Assembly: GCA_025057645.1 (NCBI GenBank)
Contig: JANXBJ010000007.1
Coordinates: 46,664-110,663 of the forward strand
Direction: 5' to 3'
From: Anaerolineales bacterium
GTDB lineage: Bacteria; Chloroflexota; Anaerolineae; Anaerolineales; UBA4823
DNA: 64,000 nt
Positions 17,143 through 26,588 of the stretch are shown here, piece after piece. The notes beneath the pieces were generated by a model. The model was not told where the DNA came from, searched no databases, and saw nothing but the letters and a program-made list of their open reading frames with translations. The position numbers and the translations under genes are program-made. Numbering within the stretch: position 1 is the first letter of the stretch; each line of letters opens with the position of its first letter.

Positions 17143-19068
17143 ATGAAGGTCATCGGCACAGCCGGACACGTCGATCACGGAAAATCTTCATTGGTCGAGG
17201 CATTGAGCGGCATCAACCCGGATCGCCTTGCCGAAGAACAAGCGCGTCAGATGACCATCGATCTCGGGTTTGCTTGGTTCACCCTGCCGAACGGAGAGGA
17301 GATCGGTATTGTGGACGTGCCCGGCCACCGCGATTTTATCGAGAATATGCTAGCGGGGGTTGGAGGGATTGACGCAGTCCTTTTGGTGATCGCCGCTGAC
17401 GAAGGGGTGATGCCCCAAACCAAGGAACACCTGGCTATCCTCAATCTGCTGCAGATCGAGCGTGGCGTTGTCGCCCTAAATAAGATCGATCTCGTTGACG
17501 AGGAGTGGCTAACCTTAGTTGAAGAAGACATTCATCAGCTCCTAAAAAACACCCGTCTCGCCAAAGTGCCAATTGTGCACGTTTCTGCCAAAACTCGTCA
17601 GGGGCTGGATAAACTCGTATTTGCTCTACAAAACGAGCTGAGCAACCTTCCTCAGCGGGTCAACAGCGGCCGTCCCCGTTTGCCTATCGACCGTGTCTTT
17701 AGCTTGAGCGGTTTCGGAACCATCGTCACCGGCACGCTAATCGATGGGAATCTGGAGGTAGGAACCGAGTGCGAGATTCTGCCCAAAGGTCTGAAGACAC
17801 GCATTCGGGGACTGCAAACCCATAAAAGGAAAGAAGAAATCGCCTTTGCCGGAAGCCGCACGGCTGCAAATCTCAGCGGAGTCTCTGTGGATCAGATTCG
17901 ACGCGGAGATGTTCTGGTCGGAACCGGTTCGTTTCGACCCACCCAACGGTTAGATGTACGGTTTCGACTCCTCCCGGACGCCACGAGAAACCTGAAGCAC
18001 AACACCGAAGTAAAACTCTTTCTATACACCAGCGAAGTGCTAGGACGGGTGAGGCTCCTCGGTGCGGAAGAACTCCCTCCGGGGGAAGAGGGCTGGCTTC
18101 AGATCGAGCTGCAGTCCCCCGTTGTGGCTGCGCGGGGCGATCGATTCATCTTGCGCCGTCCTTCCCCTTCGGAGACTCTCGGGGGCGGAGTGGTGCTCGA
18201 TCCTTTCCCGCTCCGCCGCTACAGACGCTTTAGCAACGAATGGCGCGAACGCTTGGAGGCCCTATCGCTAGGCACTCCCAAAGAGGTGATCCTGAACCTC
18301 CTTCAACGCAACGCGTGGATGACCCTCACGCAACTCCTCCAAGAGAGCAACTTTGCCCCAGAGAAGGTTGAACAAGCGATCTCCTCCCTGCTCCAAGAAG
18401 GACTGATCATCGATCCCCAACAAAGGTTCTCTAAAGAAACAAAAGAGAAACTTGAAGCTCCTTTGATCGCTCGCTCAAGGTGGGAGGAATGGCAGAAGAA
18501 GGCCCAAATCCTCTTAGAGGAATACCATCAGTCTTATCCCTTGCGGCGTGGAATGCCGCGGGAAGAACTAAAAGCCCGCCTCAAACTGCCTTCCTCGCTT
18601 TTCCAAACCTTGGTGGAAACGCTGAAGAGCCAAGGGAAAGTAAAAGAAGAAAAGACTGCACTGGCTCTCTCGGAGTTTCAAATCCGGTTATCCCCCGGTC
18701 AACAAGAACAAGTCAACACGCTTTTGCGTTTGTTTGCCCAAGCTCCCTTTTCACCACCGAGCGTCAAGGAGTGCAAGCAAAAACTAGGAGAAGAGCTTTA
18801 CACAGCACTTTTGGAACTGGAAGAACTAATTCAAGTCTCAGAAGAAGTAGTTTTTCGCCGGCAAGATTATCTCAAAGCCAAGGAGACGGTGCGCCAACTG
18901 ATCACTAATCAAGGAGAAATCAGTGCGGCGCAGGTGCGTGACCACCTGCAGACCAGTCGCAAATACGCCTTAGCACTGCTAGAGTACCTCGACCAAATCG
19001 GTTTCACCGAACGGCGGGGTGATGTGCGTATCCTGAAATCAACAGCGCTCCCAGCAAGAGAAAGATAA
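17143..19068 (+). CDS. selB: Selenocysteine-specific translation elongation factor SelB
   Basis: EF-Tu-like GTPase motifs GHVDHGKSSL, DVPGH and NKIDL. The long C-terminal winged-helix region ends ...RKYALALLEYLDQIGFTERRGDVRIL, typical of bacterial SelB. 641 aa. Confidence 0.9.
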   Translation: MKVIGTAGHVDHGKSSLVEALSGINPDRLAEEQARQMTIDLGFAWFTLPNGEEIGIVDVPGHRDFIENMLAGVGGIDAVLLVIAADEGVMPQTKEHLAILNLLQIERGVVALNKIDLVDEEWLTLVEEDIHQLLKNTRLAKVPIVHVSAKTRQGLDKLVFALQNELSNLPQRVNSGRPRLPIDRVFSLSGFGTIVTGTLIDGNLEVGTECEILPKGLKTRIRGLQTHKRKEEIAFAGSRTAANLSGVSVDQIRRGDVLVGTGSFRPTQRLDVRFRLLPDATRNLKHNTEVKLFLYTSEVLGRVRLLGAEELPPGEEGWLQIELQSPVVAARGDRFILRRPSPSETLGGGVVLDPFPLRRYRRFSNEWRERLEALSLGTPKEVILNLLQRNAWMTLTQLLQESNFAPEKVEQAISSLLQEGLIIDPQQRFSKETKEKLEAPLIARSRWEEWQKKAQILLEEYHQSYPLRRGMPREELKARLKLPSSLFQTLVETLKSQGKVKEEKTALALSEFQIRLSPGQQEQVNTLLRLFAQAPFSPPSVKECKQKLGEELYTALLELEELIQVSEEVVFRRQDYLKAKETVRQLITNQGEISAAQVRDHLQTSRKYALALLEYLDQIGFTERRGDVRILKSTALPARER

Positions 19069-19109
19069 GTATAGGCGAAATATCCACCAGCTTATGTAGC
19101 ACACTTACT

Positions 19110-22100
19110 ATGAGAAACCGACTTATACGTCTTACTTTGCCTTTATTATTCGCTTTTGGGGGGATCATAGCGTTGGTAGCTGCGGTGCGCAGCGAGGCTT
19201 GGGCACAACAGGGCGCCCCGTCAACGATGTATCCAGTGCACCAAGGTTCTCTGCGGCCTCAAAGCGGTGGAGGGGACCTATCGATTACTAAAACCCACAC
19301 CACTCCCCTGATCCTAGGACAAGTGACTACCTACACGCTATTTGTCAAAAACGTCGGCGCAGCGATCACCCCCCCCTACCTCGTGAAAATCACCGATACC
19401 CTGCCGATTCCTTCCCTCGCTTATCAAGCCCATCAGGGCACAGGGTGGAACTGCACGGTGATCACCCCCACAATTGGGTGCCAGTATGCACTCACCCAAA
19501 CGCTAAATAGCAATGCTTTTCTCCCGCCGCTAAAAATTATTGTCTCGGTCAAGCAACCAACCCCTTCATCCTTCAACAACGTTGTCATAATCAGCGATAC
19601 CCTGGGCACCAATAATACCTTTACCGATCCAGCGATTATCAGCACCAATCTCTCGATCACCAAATCAGCCTTTCCGGGAGTGATCACACCTACCCGAACC
19701 GTGACTTTCACTCTTCAGGTGAAGAATAACGGGCCCAACGACGCCAGCAGCGTTAGGGTCACGGACACCCTTCCGAGTGTCTTCATCTTTTCCGCAGCTA
19801 AGCCGAGCGGCCAATATAACCCCGCAACCGGATTGTGGTCTGTGGGCAGCCTCGCCAAAAACGAGACGAAAACGCTCGAGATTGCTGCCGTTGTAAGAGA
19901 CCGAATTTGTGGTCAGCTCTATACCAACTCGGTTGAGGGGCTTTCCGCAGATCTAGTCGACCCAATTCTGAGCGATAATACAGCCTCGGCTTCCGTAACC
20001 GTCAGAAACACTTGTGTCGTAGGAAGAGTGGTCCGCTCAGACAACACGAGCATCCCTATTCAGAACGCCAGAGTGAGGATTACCGACAGTGGCAATCGGG
20101 TCTATACTATAACGGTCTCGGCTGATGGTGTGTTTACGTTCACCAACTCGACCACGCAGACGTTGGCTGCCGGCAATGCCACCTTCTTGGCCTCTGCGGT
20201 GGGGTTTCGTCCGAAAAGTGTCTCCAGCTCCCTCGTTGCCGACATCAAGAACGGGCCGATCATTATCCCCCTTGACCCTATTGCCCAACTCGACCTCCGC
20301 AAATCGGACGGCACTCTACACTTCATCCCCGGCGAGACGATCACCTATACCATCCCGATCACCAACCTAGGGGTGCTCAATGCACGCAATTTGGTCATCA
20401 GCGACGTCCTAGATAGTCAACTGATCTTTATTACCTATACGCTCAGAGACAAAAGCGGAAAAATCCCTCACGTTGTTCCCACGCCAGTGAACCGCGTCTA
20501 CACTTGGACGCTCTCCTCAAGCTACATACTAACCGCTACCGAAAAGTTGACCCTCGCCATTCGGGTAAGGGTTGCCGACCCCTTGGCAAGCGGCACAAAC
20601 CAAATCGATAATAAAGTGTCCTTGCGCTACAACGAGGACAACACTAGCCGGGTGAACAAAAGTGCCACCGACATCTCCTACACTCCTAATTTTGAGATCG
20701 TTCAGAACAGCGTCAATCCCACCGAAGCGAGAATCAACGAAAGGTTTACGTTTAGTTTCCGAGTCTATAACCGTCAACCTCAGGTAGCAGCAACAAATGT
20801 CGTCTTCACCAACACCTTTCCCGCTTACCTGAGCTTCTATTCAAGTAGCCCAACCGGGAGTTACAACAATAACAACCGGGTCTTCTCGGTTGATCTTGGG
20901 ACGATACCTCCCAATTCGTTCAAAGACGTCCAAATTGTCATGAGCGTCAGCAATGTGGCTGCTTCTACACAAACGCTCAATAATACGGGAACAGCTCGGT
21001 TTGAGCACGGGGGCAAACGGCAGTGGCGCAGTTCAAACACCGTGCAATACCGTATCTTGGGCACCTCAACCCTGCCGGGGACCGGGTTTGGGCCTCCTGC
21101 AGCAGTCAAGTCAGTGGGCAACCTCTTCGAACCCCAAGAATCGAAAGCCCCCCCTTTCGCCTTTTTGCAACTCTTCCAAGAGGCCAAGGGTAGAAAACCT
21201 CTCACCCACCCCCTCAACTTAACAGAGGGAAGGAATCCATCCCGGGACTCTTTAGCGCTCCCGCTGGCATTCTGGGTGGCTATGGGCATCGGGATTCTCT
21301 TGCTCGGCGGTGGGCTGCTGGGGGTGGCCTATAGCCTGCTCGACCGCAGCTCGGAGTGGTCGAGTTGGGCGAGACAAATGGGATTGGTGGTGATGTTCGC
21401 CAGCTTGTTCTTTTTTGGAGGAGCGTTGTGGCTAAGAAGCATCGCTGCGCCGGTTCAATCAGAAGAATTCATTCGGTCTCCTCAGCCCGTGCCCACGCTG
21501 CTCAGTCAGCTCCCCGAACCCGCTCTCCCTCCGCCCGAATGGTGGGCAGCCCAGCCTGAAAGCTTGCCGGATTATCCCATTCCCACTCCGACCTTAGCCG
21601 CCGACCAAGCAGGCGTAGAAGTGGACGATACCCCACCGGTTCGCCTGCTGATCCCAAAGTTGGGCGTAGATGCCGTAATCAAGTATGTGCCCTTCGATGG
21701 GTTCACTTGGCTGATCTCCGGCCTACAGGATGAGATCGCCTGGATGGGAAGCACCTCTTGGCCGGGGCTAGGGGGGAACACTGGCTTGGCCGGCCACGTC
21801 ACCCTGCGCAATGGCGCCGATGGTCCTTTCCGCTATCTGGACGCTCTACAAAAGGGAGACATTGTCCACCTCTACACCCAAGAAAGACTCTATACCTACC
21901 GCGTCCGAGAAAGCCTGATCGTTAAGGACGACGACTTTTCAGTTGTCCAACCCACTAGTGAGCCCACTCTGACGCTGATCACCTGTACCGGCTGGAATGA
22001 CGACTTCGGGCACTACTTAGAGCGGCTGGTGATACGCGCAACACTGGAGAAGTCCCAGCCTTTGAGCGGCGCAGGTCCGTTAGGATGGCCGATTTGGGGG

Positions 22101-22124
22101 TTTGGATGGTTAGGGGGAAATTAA
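19110..22124 (+). CDS. Surface protein with DUF11-type repeats fused to an LPGTG motif, two TM helices and a C-terminal sortase domain
   Basis: N-terminal signal/TM segment. Four DUF11-like repeats (DLSITK...VKNVG..., NLSITK...VKNNGPNDASSVRVTDTLP...). A CarboxypepD_reg-like beta domain. The remaining elements are listed as separate features below. Confidence 0.8.
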   Translation: MRNRLIRLTLPLLFAFGGIIALVAAVRSEAWAQQGAPSTMYPVHQGSLRPQSGGGDLSITKTHTTPLILGQVTTYTLFVKNVGAAITPPYLVKITDTLPIPSLAYQAHQGTGWNCTVITPTIGCQYALTQTLNSNAFLPPLKIIVSVKQPTPSSFNNVVIISDTLGTNNTFTDPAIISTNLSITKSAFPGVITPTRTVTFTLQVKNNGPNDASSVRVTDTLPSVFIFSAAKPSGQYNPATGLWSVGSLAKNETKTLEIAAVVRDRICGQLYTNSVEGLSADLVDPILSDNTASASVTVRNTCVVGRVVRSDNTSIPIQNARVRITDSGNRVYTITVSADGVFTFTNSTTQTLAAGNATFLASAVGFRPKSVSSSLVADIKNGPIIIPLDPIAQLDLRKSDGTLHFIPGETITYTIPITNLGVLNARNLVISDVLDSQLIFITYTLRDKSGKIPHVVPTPVNRVYTWTLSSSYILTATEKLTLAIRVRVADPLASGTNQIDNKVSLRYNEDNTSRVNKSATDISYTPNFEIVQNSVNPTEARINERFTFSFRVYNRQPQVAATNVVFTNTFPAYLSFYSSSPTGSYNNNNRVFSVDLGTIPPNSFKDVQIVMSVSNVAASTQTLNNTGTARFEHGGKRQWRSSNTVQYRILGTSTLPGTGFGPPAAVKSVGNLFEPQESKAPPFAFLQLFQEAKGRKPLTHPLNLTEGRNPSRDSLALPLAFWVAMGIGILLLGGGLLGVAYSLLDRSSEWSSWARQMGLVVMFASLFFFGGALWLRSIAAPVQSEEFIRSPQPVPTLLSQLPEPALPPPEWWAAQPESLPDYPIPTPTLAADQAGVEVDDTPPVRLLIPKLGVDAVIKYVPFDGFTWLISGLQDEIAWMGSTSWPGLGGNTGLAGHVTLRNGADGPFRYLDALQKGDIVHLYTQERLYTYRVRESLIVKDDDFSVVQPTSEPTLTLITCTGWNDDFGHYLERLVIRATLEKSQPLSGAGPLGWPIWGFGWLGGN
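21072..21086 (+). other. LPGTG sortase-recognition-like motif inside 19110-22124
   Basis: Codons ctg ccg ggg acc ggg read in frame as L-P-G-T-G (context TSTLPGTGFGPP). Confidence 0.6.
21630..22070 (+). other. Sortase catalytic domain of 19110-22124
   Basis: RLLIPKLGVDAVI, His in GLAGHVTL (21795-21797), Cys in TLITCTG (21984-21986) and Arg in LVIRATL (22035-22037). This is the canonical His-Cys-Arg triad order. Confidence 0.8.
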
Positions 22125-22312
22125 AAGGCTAAGCCGTAGCGCTACACCGGCTTGTTCGCCCAAGACGCTGGCCTCTCGGACGTAGGCAATCGAGATCGGC
22201 CGATTCCTCGGGGAGTCTGCAACCGCAGGCGTCAAGCGCAAGAGGTCTCTAAGCAAAGCATCCAACCCTCGGCAGCCTTAAACCACCGAGCCCCTATTCT
22301 ATGGGGGGAAGC

Positions 22313-23935
22313 TCATCCGCTTTGCTTCTCCTGCCATACCCAATTTCCTCCAATCATGGTCGCAACCGGGCTGAGCTCCCTGAGTTCGCTCGGTGGCACC
22401 TTGTAGGGGTCTTGATCCAGGAGGATCAAGTCGGCATAATAGCCGGGGCTGAGCTTACCTAACCGGTCTTCCATAGAAGCCGCAAAGGCAGCGCCGGTTG
22501 TATAGGCACGCAACGCCTCCGAGAGCGTGATTTTTTCCTCTGCTACCCACCCCTCAGGGCCAGGACTGCCATCTGCCCGCTGACGAGTGACGGCGGCATG
22601 GAGACCCCAGAACGGGTTAGGAAACTCGACCGGCGCGTCCGAGCCGAAGGCTAGAATGGCTCCATAGTCTAGTTGGGTTCGCCAAGCATAAGCATAGCGG
22701 ATACGCTCCGGTCCCCAGTAGCGCTCAGCCATCTCCATATCTGAGGTGGCATGAAGGGGTTGCATCGAAGCGATCAACTTGAGTTCCGCTAAACGCCCGA
22801 GGTCGTGAGGATGCAATGCTTGAACGTGCTCAATGCGGTGGCGCAATTGGGGAACTCTGGGATACACACTCTTCTCAAATTGGCGTATGTTTTGGAAAGC
22901 ATCGAGAACTTCCCGATTAGCGCGGTCACCGATGGCATGAACAGCCAGCGACCAGCCACTCCGGGTCGCCTTGACGCCCAACTCGGTTAGCCTTTCGGCA
23001 TCAAGAAGCAAGGAGCCTCGGTTATCAGGCTCGCCGATATAGGGATCAAGCATTGCTGCTGTATGCGGCCCTAAAGCACCGTCAGCAAAAAACTTCAAGC
23101 TGCCTAAGCGCAAACGATCGTCTCCAAAGCCGCTGCGCAGGCCCGAGGCAATCGCTTCCTCCATAAGCTCGGCAGGCAGATTCTTTACCACGCGCAGCTT
23201 CAGTCGTCCTTCGGAGTGCAGCTCCTGCAGGGAAAAGAAGCACTCTCGACCGTCAAAGTCGTGGACACAGGTCACACCGAGCCGAAAGAGCACCTCTTGG
23301 GCTTCCAAGATGGACTGCTTGATTTGGAGCAGAGTGGGCTGCGGGATTACCGCTGCCACCAACCGCATGGCATTTTCCAGAAGAATCCCGCTGGGTTTTC
23401 CATCGGATTGACGCTGAATAATCCCGCCCGGAGGATCGGGGGTGTAAGCGGAGATGCCCGCTTTTTGCAGAGCGAGGGTGTTTACCCATGCAGCATGCAG
23501 CGATTTTGCCGTAAGGTAAACCGGATGGGCAGGAGCAACCCGATCTAAAAGGCTTGCGTCGCCAAAGCCCTCTCTCCATGCATTTTGATTCCAACCGTGT
23601 CCCAAAATCCACTCGCCGGGAGGAAGCTTTTGCGCTCTCTCGGCCACCCGCTGGAGGCACTCTTCGATCGTGGTGGTCTCGCAGTTGATTTTTTGCAAGC
23701 TCGCACTGAAATGCTCCAAATGCAGATGAGCATCGATCAATCCGGGCAGCACGGTTTTCCCTTTCAGGTCAATGAACTCCGCCTCGAAAGGGTAAGCACG
23801 GTATCGAGCTAATAACTCCCGCTCCTCCCCGACCTCAAGGATGCGTTCGCCCAAGATCGCACAAGCAGAGGCTCTCGGTCGAAGATCGTCCAAGGTAATG
23901 AAGTGAGCATGATAAAGAACGAGAATCCGAGCCAA
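22313..23935 (-). CDS. Amidohydrolase-3 family metal hydrolase (YtcJ-like)
   Basis: 540 aa. PGLIDAHLHLEH metal motif and AVHAIGD. Length and architecture are typical of the YtcJ-type subgroup. Confidence 0.8.
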   Translation of the reverse strand: MARILVLYHAHFITLDDLRPRASACAILGERILEVGEERELLARYRAYPFEAEFIDLKGKTVLPGLIDAHLHLEHFSASLQKINCETTTIEECLQRVAERAQKLPPGEWILGHGWNQNAWREGFGDASLLDRVAPAHPVYLTAKSLHAAWVNTLALQKAGISAYTPDPPGGIIQRQSDGKPSGILLENAMRLVAAVIPQPTLLQIKQSILEAQEVLFRLGVTCVHDFDGRECFFSLQELHSEGRLKLRVVKNLPAELMEEAIASGLRSGFGDDRLRLGSLKFFADGALGPHTAAMLDPYIGEPDNRGSLLLDAERLTELGVKATRSGWSLAVHAIGDRANREVLDAFQNIRQFEKSVYPRVPQLRHRIEHVQALHPHDLGRLAELKLIASMQPLHATSDMEMAERYWGPERIRYAYAWRTQLDYGAILAFGSDAPVEFPNPFWGLHAAVTRQRADGSPGPEGWVAEEKITLSEALRAYTTGAAFAASMEDRLGKLSPGYYADLILLDQDPYKVPPSELRELSPVATMIGGNWVWQEKQSG

Positions 23936-23942
23936 GAGAGAC

Positions 23943-24797
23943 CTATCCTTCGTGCGGAAGGAGGCGTTGAATCAGAGCCTCTAGTTCCTCATCCGAGTAG
24001 TAATGGATCACAATTGTGCCGCCGCCCTTCTTGCGCTGCGAAAGCCTCACCTTTGTCCCCAGAGCTTGGGATAGCTGAGTCTCCAGAGAGCGGATCTCGG
24101 GAGCAGTCTCTCTGGGTATGCTCGAGGAGGGCTTTCTGCCCAAGAACTTGCGCACTAGCTCCTCGGTTTGACGTACGCTAAGCTCGTTTTGGAGCACAGT
24201 CTGCAAGGCAGCGAGCTGGGCTTGGGGACTAGGCAGAGCCAGCAAGGCGCGTGCGTGCCCCTCACTAATTCGGCGCTGGCGCAAGGCCTCTTTCACTGCC
24301 TCGGGGAGTTTGAGCAAGCGCAAAGTGTTGGTGATCGCCACCCGGCTTTTCCCCACACGCTCCGAAATCTTTTCATGGGAGAGATGGAAGTGCTCAATCA
24401 ACACTCGATAGGCCTCAGCCGCTTCAAGGGGGTCGAGGTCTTCACGCTGAAGGTTCTCGACCAACGCCAGCTCTAGGCGGGTGCGCTCGTCTACCTGACG
24501 TTGAATTACTGGCACAGCGCTCAACCCGGCTTGTTTGGCCGCCAGCCACCGCCGTTCGCCGGCGATCAAGACGTAGCGCTCCTGTTCCGGGTCGTAGCTG
24601 ACCACCAATGGCTGTAAAATCCCATGCTCCCGGATCGATTGCGCCAATTCCGCCAGTTGCCCGCTTTCAATCTGTGCGCGCGGTTGCAAAGGGTTGGGCA
24701 CGATCCGTTCAATCGGCACAAAACGCACCCCTTGGGAGTCCTCGCCGGCTGGAATGAGTGCATCTAGGCCGCGGCCAAGAACCGTTCGCTTGCTCAT
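23943..24797 (-). CDS. parB: Chromosome partitioning protein ParB
   Basis: LGRGLDALIP N-terminus, ParB box IAGERRWLAAKQAG, HTH region and a C-terminal dimerisation tail. Confidence 0.9.
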   Translation of the reverse strand: MSKRTVLGRGLDALIPAGEDSQGVRFVPIERIVPNPLQPRAQIESGQLAELAQSIREHGILQPLVVSYDPEQERYVLIAGERRWLAAKQAGLSAVPVIQRQVDERTRLELALVENLQREDLDPLEAAEAYRVLIEHFHLSHEKISERVGKSRVAITNTLRLLKLPEAVKEALRQRRISEGHARALLALPSPQAQLAALQTVLQNELSVRQTEELVRKFLGRKPSSSIPRETAPEIRSLETQLSQALGTKVRLSQRKKGGGTIVIHYYSDEELEALIQRLLPHEG

Positions 24798-24805
24798 CTT
24801 ATACC

Positions 24806-25609
24806 TCAGCTCTGCTGAATTGGCGTGGGAATGAACACCCCATCCCCCTGCAGAAGCTCTTGAGTGAAAGCTTCATAGGCAAGCGCTCCACTCGACTGAG
24901 GGGCATAGAGCACAATGGGCTTGCCGAAAGAAGGAGCCTCGGCCAGTCGAACGCTGCGGGGGATGATAGTCTGAAAGACGTTATTGGGAAAGAAGCGCTT
25001 GACTTCTGCCACAACTTCGTTGGAGAGGTTAGTGCGGCTATCGAACATGGTCAAAAGAACCCCGCGAATTGTCAGTTCAGGAAAGAGGGCGCTCCGAACG
25101 CGCCGAATCGTGTCCATAAGGCGTCCCAGCCCTTCAAGCGCAAGATACTCGCACTGGACAGGGATGATCAAGCCATCCTTGGCAGCCACAATTCCGTTGA
25201 GCGTCAGAAGCCCAAGGGAAGGGGGACAGTCGATCAGGATGTAGTCATACTTCTCGATCAAGCTGCGAATAGCAGAGCGCAGTTTGCTTTCGCGTGCGAT
25301 CTCGCTAACCAATTCGATCTCGGCACCAGCAAGCTCGGCGTTCGCTGGCAGAATCGACAACTTAAGCCGAGGATTATATAGAACGAACGCCTCCGGCGGA
25401 GAAGCACCGATCAATACCTGGTAGGTGCCGCCTTGGATAATATGACGATCGATATTTAAGCAGGAAGTGGCATTGGCTTGGGGGTCGAGGTCAATTATCA
25501 GAACCCTCAGACCAAATCTACCAAGATAGGCGGCAAGGTTAATGGCCGAGGTTGTCTTCCCAACTCCTCCCTTCTGGTTGACAAAGGTGTAAATGCGCCC
25601 CATCAGCAC
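24806..25609 (-). CDS. parA: Chromosome partitioning ATPase ParA/Soj
   Basis: Deviant Walker A NQKGGVGKTT. IIDLDPQANAT. 267 aa (the start may be the ATG at 25603). Confidence 0.9.
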   Translation of the reverse strand: MLMGRIYTFVNQKGGVGKTTSAINLAAYLGRFGLRVLIIDLDPQANATSCLNIDRHIIQGGTYQVLIGASPPEAFVLYNPRLKLSILPANAELAGAEIELVSEIARESKLRSAIRSLIEKYDYILIDCPPSLGLLTLNGIVAAKDGLIIPVQCEYLALEGLGRLMDTIRRVRSALFPELTIRGVLLTMFDSRTNLSNEVVAEVKRFFPNNVFQTIIPRSVRLAEAPSFGKPIVLYAPQSSGALAYEAFTQELLQGDGVFIPTPIQQS

Positions 25610-26457
25610 ACCTCAACCAAGCATTGCTCGATCTCCCTCTGCGTCGGGATGCTCTCTAAACCGGCCCGGGTGACAGAAAAGGAGGCTAACTGAGTAGCAA
25701 ACCGACCTGCCTCCCATGGATCGCGCGTCTCATAAAGGCGGATGAAGAAAGCAGCTGCGTAGATGTCCCCTGCACCTACCGGATCGACCTCAAGGATATT
25801 AGGCGGAGGACGAAAGCAGCGCACCTCTCCATTCCAAAAGACACGCGAACCCCCTGCGCCCTCTGTAACAGCCAGGATATGACACGAGGCCGCAAACTCG
25901 TTAATCATGTCTTCGCTACCTGCCACATCTTCGACACTGATCACAGTGGCATCCACATGGGGCAGCACAAAGGTAGATTCCGGCCACTCGGTCGGATAGA
26001 CGTTGCCTTCCGCATCCCAAGCGCGCAGCCAGCCCTGAGGGGTAACCCCGATAAACGAGTGCGCAAAGTGACGCACGAAGTCCGGGCTTACCTCTTGGGC
26101 GACCGGCGCAAGATGAACAATAAGCGGACGGCGCCAAATTTCCGGCACGAGATAATATTCTAGGGTTTCAGCGCAGTGGAAGATCCTTTGCACCCGTCCC
26201 TTAGGTGTTTCGTGATTGGAAAATGTGGTGCTGGCTAGCGCAGGGAGATGCACCACCGGAATCGAACCGAGTGGATCTAAGGATAAGTCATCCCCAAATG
26301 AGGAGATAATCCCTACACGCATGCCCAATGCTTGCGCCGTCAGGCCAGCATAGGCCACACTGCCCCCTAGCCGGACGCCGCCCTCAACTAAGTCTAGTGT
26401 GAGATGACCTACTAAAAGATAATCAATCGGTTTTAGATGCTCTAAGGAGTAAATCAT
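25603..26457 (-). CDS. PfkB-family carbohydrate/nucleoside kinase
   Basis: C-terminal DPVGAGD motif and a ribokinase-like layout. The stop overlaps the parA start. Confidence 0.8.
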   Translation of the reverse strand: MIYSLEHLKPIDYLLVGHLTLDLVEGGVRLGGSVAYAGLTAQALGMRVGIISSFGDDLSLDPLGSIPVVHLPALASTTFSNHETPKGRVQRIFHCAETLEYYLVPEIWRRPLIVHLAPVAQEVSPDFVRHFAHSFIGVTPQGWLRAWDAEGNVYPTEWPESTFVLPHVDATVISVEDVAGSEDMINEFAASCHILAVTEGAGGSRVFWNGEVRCFRPPPNILEVDPVGAGDIYAAAFFIRLYETRDPWEAGRFATQLASFSVTRAGLESIPTQREIEQCLVEVC

Positions 26458-26560
26458 ACCTGCATTATATCGAAAAACCCAAGACCGTGGGGCGTTAAGG
26501 CCGACCGAGAGACAGGGCTGAACGAAGGAAAATCATTACTTAACCTGTGTAAATCATCAC

Positions 26561-26588
26561 TTGAAAAATCTTTAAATTATGTTACACT
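26561..26588 (+). promoter_or_regulatory. Sigma-70-like promoter (TTGAAA-16-TGtTACACT)
   Basis: ttgaaa at 26561-26566, a 16-nt spacer containing TG, and tacact at 26583-26588. It lies about 115 nt upstream of ATG 26702. Confidence 0.45.

Noticed and set aside
19075-19095. DnaA-box-like words (atatccacc at about 19081, ttatccacg at about 34808), considered because parAB are nearby.
   Set aside because: They are single imperfect matches, one of them inside coding sequence. There is no cluster, no AT-rich unwinding element and no dnaA/dnaN. This is not an origin.
22125-22312. 188-nt non-coding gap between the convergent sortase-fusion and amidohydrolase genes, screened for a tRNA-Sec, sRNA or terminators.
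   Set aside because: It contains only short 5-6 bp stems (aagccg/cggctt; ctcgg/ccgag; atcggccgat) without U-tracts, and no tRNA-like arms. The evidence is insufficient for any feature.
24440-24452. Palindrome cttcacgctgaag inside parB, considered as a parS candidate.
   Set aside because: It is odd-centred and 13 bp long, and it matches the 16-bp TGTTTCACGTGAAACA consensus only with an insertion. I could not find any better match by eye in the window.
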